From: Craspedostauros australis
Lineage: Eukaryota
NCBI GenBank assembly: GCA_030167865.1
Contig: JALAGF010002951.1
Span: 1-57,162 of the forward strand
DNA: 57,162 bases
Reading direction: 5' to 3'
Below, in pieces: positions 30,985 through 40,493 of the stretch. The translations under genes were made by a program, and so were the position numbers. Each line of letters starts with the position of its first letter. The stretch's first letter is position 1. The notes beneath the pieces were generated by a model that made no database searches, had not been told where the DNA came from, and worked only from the letters and a program-made list of their open reading frames with translations.

Positions 30985-31908
30985 ATGAAGAGCTGCTCAG
31001 CGGAATACGTCACCCACAGGAATTGCACCATTCAGCACAACAACCGAGGCGTTCAGTTGCTCGAGAGCGGTCAATACCATGAAGCCATCACTCCTTTCTG
31101 CCAGGCCCTTGCTGCATCCAAGCGCCTTATCCTCGCGTCGGAGCTCAATGAGACGCCCGAAGGATCTCAGCGCCAAGAGAACGATCAGGATGGTCAATCG
31201 GTGCCTCCCTCCATCACATCTCCGCAGCCTCGTCTGCAGCCAGAATCTGATGCTGCTGTGCCCCGAGAAGCGGATGCGGATGATCGCTCATGGCACCAAC
31301 CCAACGAGCGCAGCATCTCGCAGGACTCCACCCTTCCGCAAGAGCAGACGCCGGTACCAACACAGCAGCAGCAGCAGCAGCAGGTGCTCCATCACTGCAC
31401 CAAGAAACGGCGCGTGGCTGCCACACCTGCTCAGAACCTCGAATACACACGGTGGACCCAAGTCAGGCAGTGCTACATCTTCCAGACCGCGTTCCCGATC
31501 CCAGAGGACGGATACGCCGAGGATTTCTCACATTTGCAGTACGCCGTCACGTGCATGTTCAATCTCGCCCTATGCCACCACCTCTTGGCCGTCCAGGAAT
31601 GTTCGCAACAGCACAACAGCCTCCGCATCTCCAAGCGTCTCTACGAACTGGCGTACAACCTCCTGACAGAGCCCCAGGCGGCGACGAGCGGTGTGAGCGA
31701 CATCTTCCCCCTGGCGATCCTCAACAATTTGGGTCAGGTGCATCGACTGGATGGCGACCAAGTCCAATCGAATCATTACTTCGAGCAACTGCTGTCGACG
31801 TTGATGTTCATCGTGGAGTACGAGGACAGCACCGAAGGCATGGAAGGGTTCTTCTCGAATGTGATGGATCTCATGCTTCGGGATCCGTTGACGGCACGGG
31901 CGGCTTAG
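30985..31908 (+). CDS. Uncharacterised TPR-like helical protein, paralog B (307 aa), C-terminus ...PLTARAA
   Basis: Motifs HNNRGVQLLESGQYHEAITPFCQAL, MFNLALCHHL, LYELA, ILNNLGQVHRLDGD and EGFFSNV align with the gene at 7135. Confidence 0.85.
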   Translation: MKSCSAEYVTHRNCTIQHNNRGVQLLESGQYHEAITPFCQALAASKRLILASELNETPEGSQRQENDQDGQSVPPSITSPQPRLQPESDAAVPREADADDRSWHQPNERSISQDSTLPQEQTPVPTQQQQQQQVLHHCTKKRRVAATPAQNLEYTRWTQVRQCYIFQTAFPIPEDGYAEDFSHLQYAVTCMFNLALCHHLLAVQECSQQHNSLRISKRLYELAYNLLTEPQAATSGVSDIFPLAILNNLGQVHRLDGDQVQSNHYFEQLLSTLMFIVEYEDSTEGMEGFFSNVMDLMLRDPLTARAA

Positions 31909-32510
31909 CCACTGCAACACATGCGATCTGCTTTACACAAAAACGGGGAACTGCATCAGCATCACAGTGCAGAAATAGACATAAACACACAATAGAGCAG
32001 CAGGAGTCGATGGTTTTCACAAGCAGCGAGAGTACGCGTATGAGTGAAGCGTACGAGCAGTGTATGAAGTAGTGAACTGTGCTCTTATTGTAGAGTGGAG
32101 TGGGGCGAAGCAGGTAGTAGGGGAGCAAGCCGCAATGCACGAGTATGCATGTAATCGTAGATATGGTGAGCGCAGTACTGACACGCCCACGAAACTTTGT
32201 ATGATGGGTGCCTCGTTGTGCCCGTGCCCTCATGGTCGATGAATGGAGGGATACCTCAAGGTCAGGCCTTGCTGGATTTGCTTGCAAAGCGCTCCATACT
32301 TTTCGGCTTTGCTTGGCTGCGTGCGAGCACTGCTTCTCTCTCCCAAAAGAGACGCTTTGCTGACACTGCGGTCGAGTTGGAGCAACGGATGGCACGGACG
32401 AACAGGTAGGTGTTCTTCGCTTGCGAGCGACGCGCCCAATGCATCAGGACGGAACCCGCCGTTTCTGACGATGCGAGGACAAGCGGTCTCTTAGCGAGGC
32501 ATCAATGCTA

Positions 32511-32549
32511 TGGTGCTTGTGTGTGGTGCTTGTGTGTGGTGCTTGTGTG
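32511..32549. repeat. 13-bp tandem repeat TGGTGCTTGTGTG x3, just downstream of the Nup50-like gene
   Basis: Read directly from the sequence. Confidence 0.9.
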
Positions 32550-32601
32550 ATGTTTGTGTGCCGTGCTCGTGTTGAGAGAGAAATCATCCAAGGGCAAAGG
32601 C

Positions 32602-34187
32602 TCAGGACGAGAACTCAATGAGCTTTTTGTGGAGCGCATCCAGCTCTGGCGCGTTGCATTTGAATGTAAATGTGGAGGGCGCTTCGTCACCTTCGGGGAG
32701 ACCCTTGAATGTGACCTGGCCAAATTTCTTGCTGGCCTTGGCGCTGAAGGTCATGCTGGAGTTGATGGCCATGTTGAATTGGACATTGCCGGTGACGTTG
32801 CGCATGATCACACGATGTGTGCCGTTGGTCTTGTGCTTTTGGAACTTCATCATGCCAGTCACAAGTTCTTGGTACTGGTCGGCCATGCGGTATATCTTGA
32901 TCTTGCACATGAGGCTGGTGTTGTAGTTGTCGTCCACGGACTCCAATTCAGCTGAGGCCTCTCCAGGAGGGGCGCCCAGTGAGGGCGATGCCGGTGTCGG
33001 TGCTGTTGCCGGAGCCGATGTTTGCGATGGCGATGGTGCTGGTGGAGCCAATGGCTGTGTTGACACTGCCGCGGATTTGGATGCTCCTCCTCCAAAGGAG
33101 AATGGGACGGTGGAGGCAGAGGCAGAGGCAGAAGACGAGGCACCAAACAAAGACGTCGTCGTCGCGCCCGAGCTACCAAAGAGTGGCTTTGCGGAGGATG
33201 CCGGTTGCGACTTGGCAGCGGGAGATTGGGTGGCCGTGGTGGTGGCAGAAAAGAGCTGCGGTGGTGCTTGAGACTTCGGTGCTGCAGCCGGAGCCGTCTG
33301 CTGTTTGGCCGGTGGCGCGTCTTTCGTCGTCAAAGCAAGGTACGTCGCCATGATCTGCTGGCATGGAGGGTAGAGGTCCCGGCTCACATTGGATTGATTT
33401 GAGAACAGTTCAAAGATATGATTATCGAGTCGCTCCAATTGAGCTGCGTTGTCTCCCTTGACATTGGTGTTTGTGTTTGTGTTTGTGTTGACATTGGCTC
33501 TGCCCCCCGTTCCTGAAGCAGCGGATCCACCGAAAGTCGATCCTGAGGGTTTAGATTTGGAGGTGAACGAAGATGATCCAAATGGCTGCTTGTTCGAGGT
33601 TGATGTGGATGTGGATGTTGCGGATGGTGCTGATGTGGGGCCAGCGAACATGACATTCTGAAATGGATTCTTGGAGGCCTTTGCTGGCTGGCTTGGTGGT
33701 GCTTGTGCTGCCCCTGGTGCCGCCATGCTACCACCGGAGGAGGCAAAGGAAAACCCAGAGAATGGATTGGAAGATTTGCTGGGCGTTGGCGCTGCGGTTG
33801 CTGTTTGCTTGGCAAAGCGGCTTCTGCTGGCGCCAAGGTATCAGACGAGCATGTATGGTACGAGTGTTTGCGAGTATGTATGGCATTATACGAGGATGTT
33901 TGGCGCGAGAACGCGAGAGTATGCGCGGGCATCCGCACGAGTTAGGGTTTAGGTTATGTAGCAAAGCATGATATTCTTGAATAGAATATGATATAGTAAT
34001 ACGTGATGTTCTACAACACAACAGACACATAGACCACTCACCCCGAGGCACTGACTATCCTGCGTTTCTTGAGCTCTCCGCTGGATGCCTTGTCGAAAGG
34101 CCCCGTTGGTGCTACCGAGCTGCGGTCCTGAGTTGCATCATACTCCTCCCGTCGCATCTGTCCTTGAGCGTTGCTGCGCTTTCCCAT
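32602..34187 (-). CDS. Nup50/Nup2-like nucleoporin, 2 exons: 34187-34042 and about 33826-32602, about 456 aa
   Basis: Exon 1 (MGKRSNAQGQMRREEYD...GPFDKASSGELKKRRIV) is the NUP50 importin-alpha-binding motif. Exon 2 has FG repeats (PFG, TFGG, LFG, FSFGG) and a C-terminal RanBD1-like domain (CKIKIYR...GMMKF.K.K.NG..RVIMRN.TGNVQFN). The phase-2 intron GG/gtgagt...ccag/C is frame-consistent. Confidence 0.85.
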
Positions 34188-34978
34188 GATGTCCTTCGTT
34201 TCTTGTTCGTCCGAACTGTGCGAGTTTGGTTGAGTGTGGTTGTGTGGCCTCTCTGTCTCCTTCTTGGATCGCATCCACTGTGTATCGTACGACTACTACT
34301 ATGTTCAGAGCACGCAGCGGCTTGTCTTGCTTGGTGTTGATCGTTGTTGTTGTTGTTGTTGTTGTGGGAACGGTCGTCGTGGCATTGATTGTTGCCGACA
34401 CCACAACACACGAGCGAACGCGCAGAAAGGATCCGGCCTTGGTTTGAATTTTGGCGGTTGTCGATGATCGTGTGAGACTTACCAAGTACCTTTGTTTCGC
34501 AATTGCCTTGAAGGAGTGAGACTGACGGACAGACGGGTGGTTGGAAACTTGGTTGTTGGCGCGCTTTTCGTTTTGGCGAAAGGCTCAACCAACACGAAAC
34601 GCCACGATCGTGACCGTACCGCCCAACACAGCGTGGCAGCCGTCATTGGGGTCGTCACCGTTTGCCAAAAATGCTCCGCGAACGCTTGACGGGTGTGCGC
34701 GTGTTCCATTCTGCTCCGTTCTGCTCTCTCTATGAGCTGTTATACGTCTGTTGCATTTGTGATCTCACGAGAAGCACACGGTGAAGCAGGGGGCACCTCC
34801 ATTTGGCTTGCAATAGGACTTTCATAGCAGTACAGTCCGAGGAGAGGAGAGTGTTCTCTGGGGCTAGTCGTACGAGTGTGCATGTGCATGTGCATGTGCA
34901 TGTGATCGGACGAGGGCGCATTTGCAACTCCTGGGCTGCACTCCCCTGTACCCAGTGACGGGAGACTCAGCAGCCGCA

Positions 34979-36107
34979 ATGGAGGAGGTCAAACGGGATA
35001 TGCCTTCTGATGCTGCTGCTGCTGCTGCCGCAAACGAGGAGGAAGAGGAAGGCAACGCGATTCAGAACGAATCCGTTGATCAGAGTGCGGGTAAGGAGCT
35101 GCCTGAGGACATGCAAACATCCCATGAAGATGCAGGGTCGGGGGAAAGTGACCATGGTGCCAAGCCTGGGATCCCAAGAACGGCCTTTACGATCTTTTCA
35201 GAGCAGGCGGCGACAGATGTGAGTGCCACGAGGATACACAGATTGCCATCCATGAGTAGTGCCATTGGCCGACTCATGCGCACTCACCAATTGGGAACTC
35301 CTCATATTCTCTTACCATCGTTTTATCTTCTCTATCATCTCTCTACCTATCTATTATACCTATATATTGTATAATATCTACCTATCCATGCGTCCTCTAT
35401 CCGTACATCCACGTTCATTGGGAGACCAACAGGAAGCGGATCGAGGCACAACCTTGTCCAGTTTGCAGCTAAGGTTCAAATGGGGCGCACTGACGCAGCA
35501 GGAACGACAAATGTATGAGACACTTGCGGCGAAAGATCGAGAACGAGCAGAAGACCAAAGGAAGGCGGCAAGGTCTGGCCAGCATCCCAAAGACACCGCT
35601 GGTGGTGATGAAAATGTTGATGGCGTTGGCGACCATGATGCGGATGATGACGATGATGTCATCGCCAACGATGACCAGCCGCAAGCGCAACTGCAAGCAC
35701 AAGGTGCAAAGTCGTCACGCCCGCAGGCAACCGTCGAGTATCCAGTGGCACGTGTCAAGAGGATTTGCAAGTTGGATCCCGATGTGCGCGGGTTGTCCAA
35801 GGAAGCGCTCTTCCTGGTCTCCAAATGCGCCGAGCTATTCACCGTCCAGCTGGGGAGCGAAGCGGTCAAGGTGGCAAGGATGCAAAATCGACGCACCATA
35901 GCATCCGACGACCTGGCAACCGTCTGCGCCACGCGCGAGCCTTATCAGTTCCTCAAGGATGATGTGCGGGATCTCATCCGCGAGCAACGGGAACGCGCGC
36001 AGGCGCAAGCACAATCGAAGAGGAAGGCCAGCGAGATGGATGCTGCCAATGCCGGTGCCGACGTCAAGAACACCATAAAATCCTACTTTGGCTCCAAGAA
36101 GAAGTAG
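34979..36107 (+). CDS. HMG-box + H2A-like histone-fold protein (POLE4/Dpb3/CHRAC1-like), 2 exons: 34979-35218 and 35433-36107, about 304 aa
   Basis: A phase-0 intron 35219-35432 (GAT/gtgagt...caacag/GAA) joins PRTAFTIFSEQ to KWGALTQQERQMYETLAAKDRER (HMG box). The C-terminal YPVARVKRICKLDPDV...EALFLVSKCAELF...RRTI...DL...YQFL is a CBFD/NFYB/HMF histone fold. Confidence 0.85.
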
Positions 36108-36472
36108 AGTGGAGCGCTTGCACAGTATTGCACGAATGCGTTGCACCATGGAAGACAGCAGTAGCAATTCTCTCTCTATGGTAAATCTCTATTCTTTCAG
36201 CCCAGCCAAATACGCCGCACCTGCCATCGAGCATGGTACATGTACCACCAAGAATCGTGACAGTGCAATTCGTGAGTAGAACAGTTGTACTACTATGTCT
36301 ACTCGCAGGTGACATGCCCCAGTATGGGAGTGTCATGCACGCAACACCAATAGAAGCACGTAGAATAGAGCACCATGCCAGTATTTCATAATACACGCTG
36401 TTCCAACGAACTTCTTCGAGCCATTCAGATGATTACAGTGTGAGAACGGCAGAGCTAGTTTCGCCGCCTCTG

Positions 36473-39301
36473 TCATACGCCGGCTCCATTCACGTCCCTC
36501 GGCTGCCACGTCGGGAACACTTTTTGATGCAACGCAGCGCACACCCATGCATCCAAGGCCGCGTACGTTCTCTGCCGCTCCGACAATGGCCGCGCTGACC
36601 AAAGACTGCATTGCTCCGACTTATCCAGAGGCTTTCCGAAGTAATGATCCACAACTCGCGACAACCCGAATTTGGCGAGCTTCGGCTCATCCTTGGCCAC
36701 GAATCGTTGCGCATCCACGACCGTCCCCGCCGTCACCACGGGGGATGGCATCCAGTGTTGGTTGTCGGGGAGGCAGCAGGGACTTCCGCGCAACCGCGAC
36801 ATGTCCTGCCGGCACACGAATCCAACCACCACTGATCTCGGACATGCGAACGTCTCGCCGATCGTCTCTCTCAACGCCAGCGCGCCATCCTGCGTGGAGG
36901 ACAGTGCCGGGAGATCCACGAGCAGCACGGTCTTGCAATGACCGAATTGCAGCAGGGCGGCACCGGTGGTATCTTCCTCCCATTCCGCATCAAAACCGAA
37001 CGGACCGCACTCGAATGGAGGTGAGCGGAAGGTCTTCCACGCCTCTCTGAGATCGTTAGCATCGGTTATCAACTTCGGCACGGGCGTGCCTGGCAGAACC
37101 TCATCCCATTGGACGTACCGCTGCCTCCTAGCTTCCGCTGCCTTCAGCATGGTTTGCTCATCGTAGATGTATTCCAGATTCCAAACGCCGGCTAATCGGT
37201 GAGCCGCATCAATTTCTCCTGCCTCCTCCAGCCGTTGCAGCGCGAACTGTCGAATGTCGTCGCGCGGGTTCGTGACGTTGGCATCGTTCGTATCCATCGG
37301 CATCTGGATGGAATCAACATTGGTACCGGTATCGGTACCGGCATTGTCATTGCCAATGGCGTCGTTGTTGATATCAACATCGGCTGTGGTCTTCTTTGAT
37401 ACGCCGTTGATTTTGTTGACCGCCTTGTCGACTCGGTCCACCTGGCGTTCGATGAGTGCAGATTGGCGCTTGAGGATGACCTTGGCGACAGTATCGTACG
37501 CATGGTACAAGCGAGCATTGACGTAGCGGGATTTGCCTCCCATGTCGTACAGGTTGGTCGCCAAGGTGTCCGCGCGTCGGTACATCCTGCTTTCCATCGC
37601 GAAGTCCACCAGCGTTTCCACCGCAAGGGTGGACTGGTGCAGATCTGGGATGAGTGTACCCGCCGTGTCCGCTTTGCTTCGTTTGGCTTGCTTGGCAGTT
37701 GCGAACCTGTGGGATTGAACGCAGAGCTGTTCGGCGGCATGCCACAAGTCATATATCACGGCAGCCTCTATGAGCTTGACCGGAGGCACGTCAGGCCATG
37801 GGCGCACCTGGCATGCCAATGCCAACGACGATGACACGCGGTGCTTCTCATCTTCAGTGCTTGTGGTGGTTTCTGGAGCTGCGAAGAGCTCCCCGTCCGA
37901 AGACGAGGTGATGTCCGCGTCCTCCATGCGCAAGGCGTGCCTTATGGCCTTGGCGGACAGGTCCGGATGCGCGTGGTGTCGATCCGCGATCTTGAACGCC
38001 TTGGCGAAGTAAGTGACGATGTGTAGATTGATCGAATCTGAGTACGAGGCATGGCCAAGGAAAGCTGAGAGGAAGTGGTTGGCCAGGTCCATGCCACCCT
38101 GACGGACCGGTTCATTGCGTGACACGGTGGATGCAATGGCGCTCGCGACGGCCTTGGCTGGTTCGTAATCAAACGGCAAGAGCGACAGCGAGGCGTAGAG
38201 CGAGCACGCGGCAAGCGCGCCACCCTGCGGCGACGTTTGGCAGAGCTTGGCGGCAGTGTCCTGCAGGTACAGCCACGTCTTCTTCTTGCTGAGGTCCTGC
38301 GGGATGGTGCAGAATTGCCTTGCCCCACGCAATGTGGTTTCGACCAGCATGGCTTCGGGATGGTCTGGCCGTGTCTCAGTTTCTTCGTTACCTTTCATTG
38401 CGCTGGTGCTGCTTCCATTGATGTCGTTATCATTGACGCTGGCGTTGGCATCGTCAGCATCATCCATGACGGTATCCTTGTGCCCAGCGGCATGCATGGC
38501 ATTCGAGTGGTCCAGGTCATTCAACACCTTGATGGCATCCCGGATCGTGGGCTCGCTGAGATGTTCCGACACGCAGCCGACCAATCCAAGCAGATTCTCG
38601 TGAACGACTCCATCTGAATCTTTGAAGACGATGGCGGTGGCATCCTCAATGGATGCCTGTGCATCCGGGGATACATCAGGTTGCATGGCGTCCATAGTGA
38701 CCGTGGGGATTGAGGATGCGTGGACACCGTGCAGTGCAGAGATGGACGAACGTGGAGGTAGGGTCGCGAAGACAGATGTCACTTGGGTGGAACGGGAGCG
38801 AGATGGATGTGACTGTAGCTGTGCCTGTGACTGTGATTGCAGATGCAAGCGTGATGATGGCTGTGAACGTGATGTGGATCGTCGGTGGGTGTTTGTACTA
38901 CTACATGTACGTGTGCATATAGGTGTGCATATACGTGTGAATATGTTTGTGTTTGTACTACTGCATATGCTGGTACATATACCTGCACCAGCACATGTAC
39001 TGGTGGTTGCACGATGGTGTTGCAGAGCGGAGGTGCAGATCCGATGGTTGGGATGGCTGAGATGGGTGGGATTGCGCAGATGGCTGAGTGCTTGGATCCG
39101 TCGGCATGTCCCTCTGCCAATGGTGGTGCTGAGGCTCCCTATCTTCGTGATGGTGCCGAGGGACGATCTGAGGGGTGGATTGATGGATGGATTGGTGAAT
39201 GGGATGATGGACGAGGCGAAAGAGGTGACGAAAGAAAGCTGTGCAAGGCTGGCGAAGACGATGACAGGAATGCGAGAACGAAGCAGCGACGTTCCTTGCA
39301 T
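36473..39301 (-). CDS. DEDDy 3'-5' exonuclease, mut-7/EXD3-like, 942 aa with a long N-terminal presequence-like extension
   Basis: ExoI GFDAEW, ExoII GFVCRQD, then GLSRVVDHYFGKPLDKSEQCSLWSARPLSERQRTYAALDA (ExoIII). An alternative start is possible at ATG 38695. Confidence 0.88.
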   Translation of the reverse strand: MQGTSLLRSRIPVIVFASLAQLSFVTSFASSIIPFTNPSINPPLRSSLGTITKIGSLSTTIGRGTCRRIQALSHLRNPTHLSHPNHRICTSALQHHRATTSTCAGAGICTSICSSTNTNIFTRICTPICTRTCSSTNTHRRSTSRSQPSSRLHLQSQSQAQLQSHPSRSRSTQVTSVFATLPPRSSISALHGVHASSIPTVTMDAMQPDVSPDAQASIEDATAIVFKDSDGVVHENLLGLVGCVSEHLSEPTIRDAIKVLNDLDHSNAMHAAGHKDTVMDDADDANASVNDNDINGSSTSAMKGNEETETRPDHPEAMLVETTLRGARQFCTIPQDLSKKKTWLYLQDTAAKLCQTSPQGGALAACSLYASLSLLPFDYEPAKAVASAIASTVSRNEPVRQGGMDLANHFLSAFLGHASYSDSINLHIVTYFAKAFKIADRHHAHPDLSAKAIRHALRMEDADITSSSDGELFAAPETTTSTEDEKHRVSSSLALACQVRPWPDVPPVKLIEAAVIYDLWHAAEQLCVQSHRFATAKQAKRSKADTAGTLIPDLHQSTLAVETLVDFAMESRMYRRADTLATNLYDMGGKSRYVNARLYHAYDTVAKVILKRQSALIERQVDRVDKAVNKINGVSKKTTADVDINNDAIGNDNAGTDTGTNVDSIQMPMDTNDANVTNPRDDIRQFALQRLEEAGEIDAAHRLAGVWNLEYIYDEQTMLKAAEARRQRYVQWDEVLPGTPVPKLITDANDLREAWKTFRSPPFECGPFGFDAEWEEDTTGAALLQFGHCKTVLLVDLPALSSTQDGALALRETIGETFACPRSVVVGFVCRQDMSRLRGSPCCLPDNQHWMPSPVVTAGTVVDAQRFVAKDEPKLAKFGLSRVVDHYFGKPLDKSEQCSLWSARPLSERQRTYAALDAWVCAALHQKVFPTWQPRDVNGAGV

Positions 39302-40493
39302 ATCCTCCTTTGGAGCTGGAGCTGGAGAGCGATCTTTTCTTCTCTTTCTTGTATTCTACGACCTATTATATGATTATATAATAGAATACGATCTAGTATA
39401 TCTGAGATCTGCTTCTCTTCGTCTTTCTCTCTTTCTCTCTCTTTTGCCTTTCGTCTCCTCTCTTGTTCTTCCAATGTTGACAATGTTGACAATGTTGACG
39501 CTTGGGTCGCCTTGGAGATCCGTTGCCAGTTCCGATCTTATTTTGCTGAAAGACCACCAAAGAGAGACGTACCACAACAATCACGCGATTTCCGCCATCA
39601 CCATCCACTCAATTTCGCGCGCCAACACAAATAGGTCCCAGAATTCCCATGTTGGATTCGTCCGACTAAACATGCATTGACAGAAGCAGAACGTTAAAAA
39701 GTAGTTGAAACGCTTGATTGTCAAACGTGTGACATGGATACGGGTTTGGTGTACAACAGAAAGCACGTCTCAAAGTAAGCTTCAAATTTATATAATAATA
39801 CTATTTTACCGCAAATCTTGATACCATATGCAATGGACATTCTGACCGAACGCATTTCATCATTCTAGTTCCATAATGTTAGATTATACCCTCACAAATT
39901 GAAGTCCGACAAGCGTGTTCGTTTGAAGCCCGGGATGGACTCGACGGACTTCATACGTCCCCCATCAAACCACGCGCGCAAAAAGTCACAAACACCAACC
40001 GATTCGTTGGTGCGGGGAGAATGAGGATGGGGAACAAATGACGCAACGTAACAAGGCGTGTTTGTCCGTCGGTTCGTGGAGAGCGACCGCCAGTCGGCCC
40101 TGGGATTTGACGATTCCCGTTGTGCGGTGTTGTTCATGTGTTGCGAGTGGCACGACAACAGAGCGGGCAGGAGAAGGAGAGAACTGGAACAGAAGCGGAC
40201 ACTACGAATCAAGCAACATCGAAACGGTGAAGGGCAACAAGCACAAACACAAGCATAAGTAGAGGAGAGCGTCCTATCTTTCAGCGCAAGCGAGCGGTCC
40301 ATCATCTTCATCTGCATCTGTATCTCCACAACTCTCCAGAAGCACGAGGAGAGCGATCAACCGCAGGCAACCAGGCAGGCACAACGCGGCCAGCAAGGAG
40401 CAGGTTTCCATCATTGCGACGATAGTCCACCCTCCGTTCGTTCTTTCCGAGTTCATCGCAGACTGCTTCGTGTCGGTGTTTCCCTGGCTCAGG

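Noticed and set aside
38622..39680. 352-aa plus-strand ORF opposite the exonuclease N-terminus
   Set aside because: Antisense to a repeat-derived coding tract; no domain signal.
39680..39960. AT-rich patch with a short inverted repeat (TGAAGTCCG...CGGACTTCA), considered as a MITE
   Set aside because: No terminal inverted repeats bounding the patch, no target-site duplication and no second copy seen in the window.
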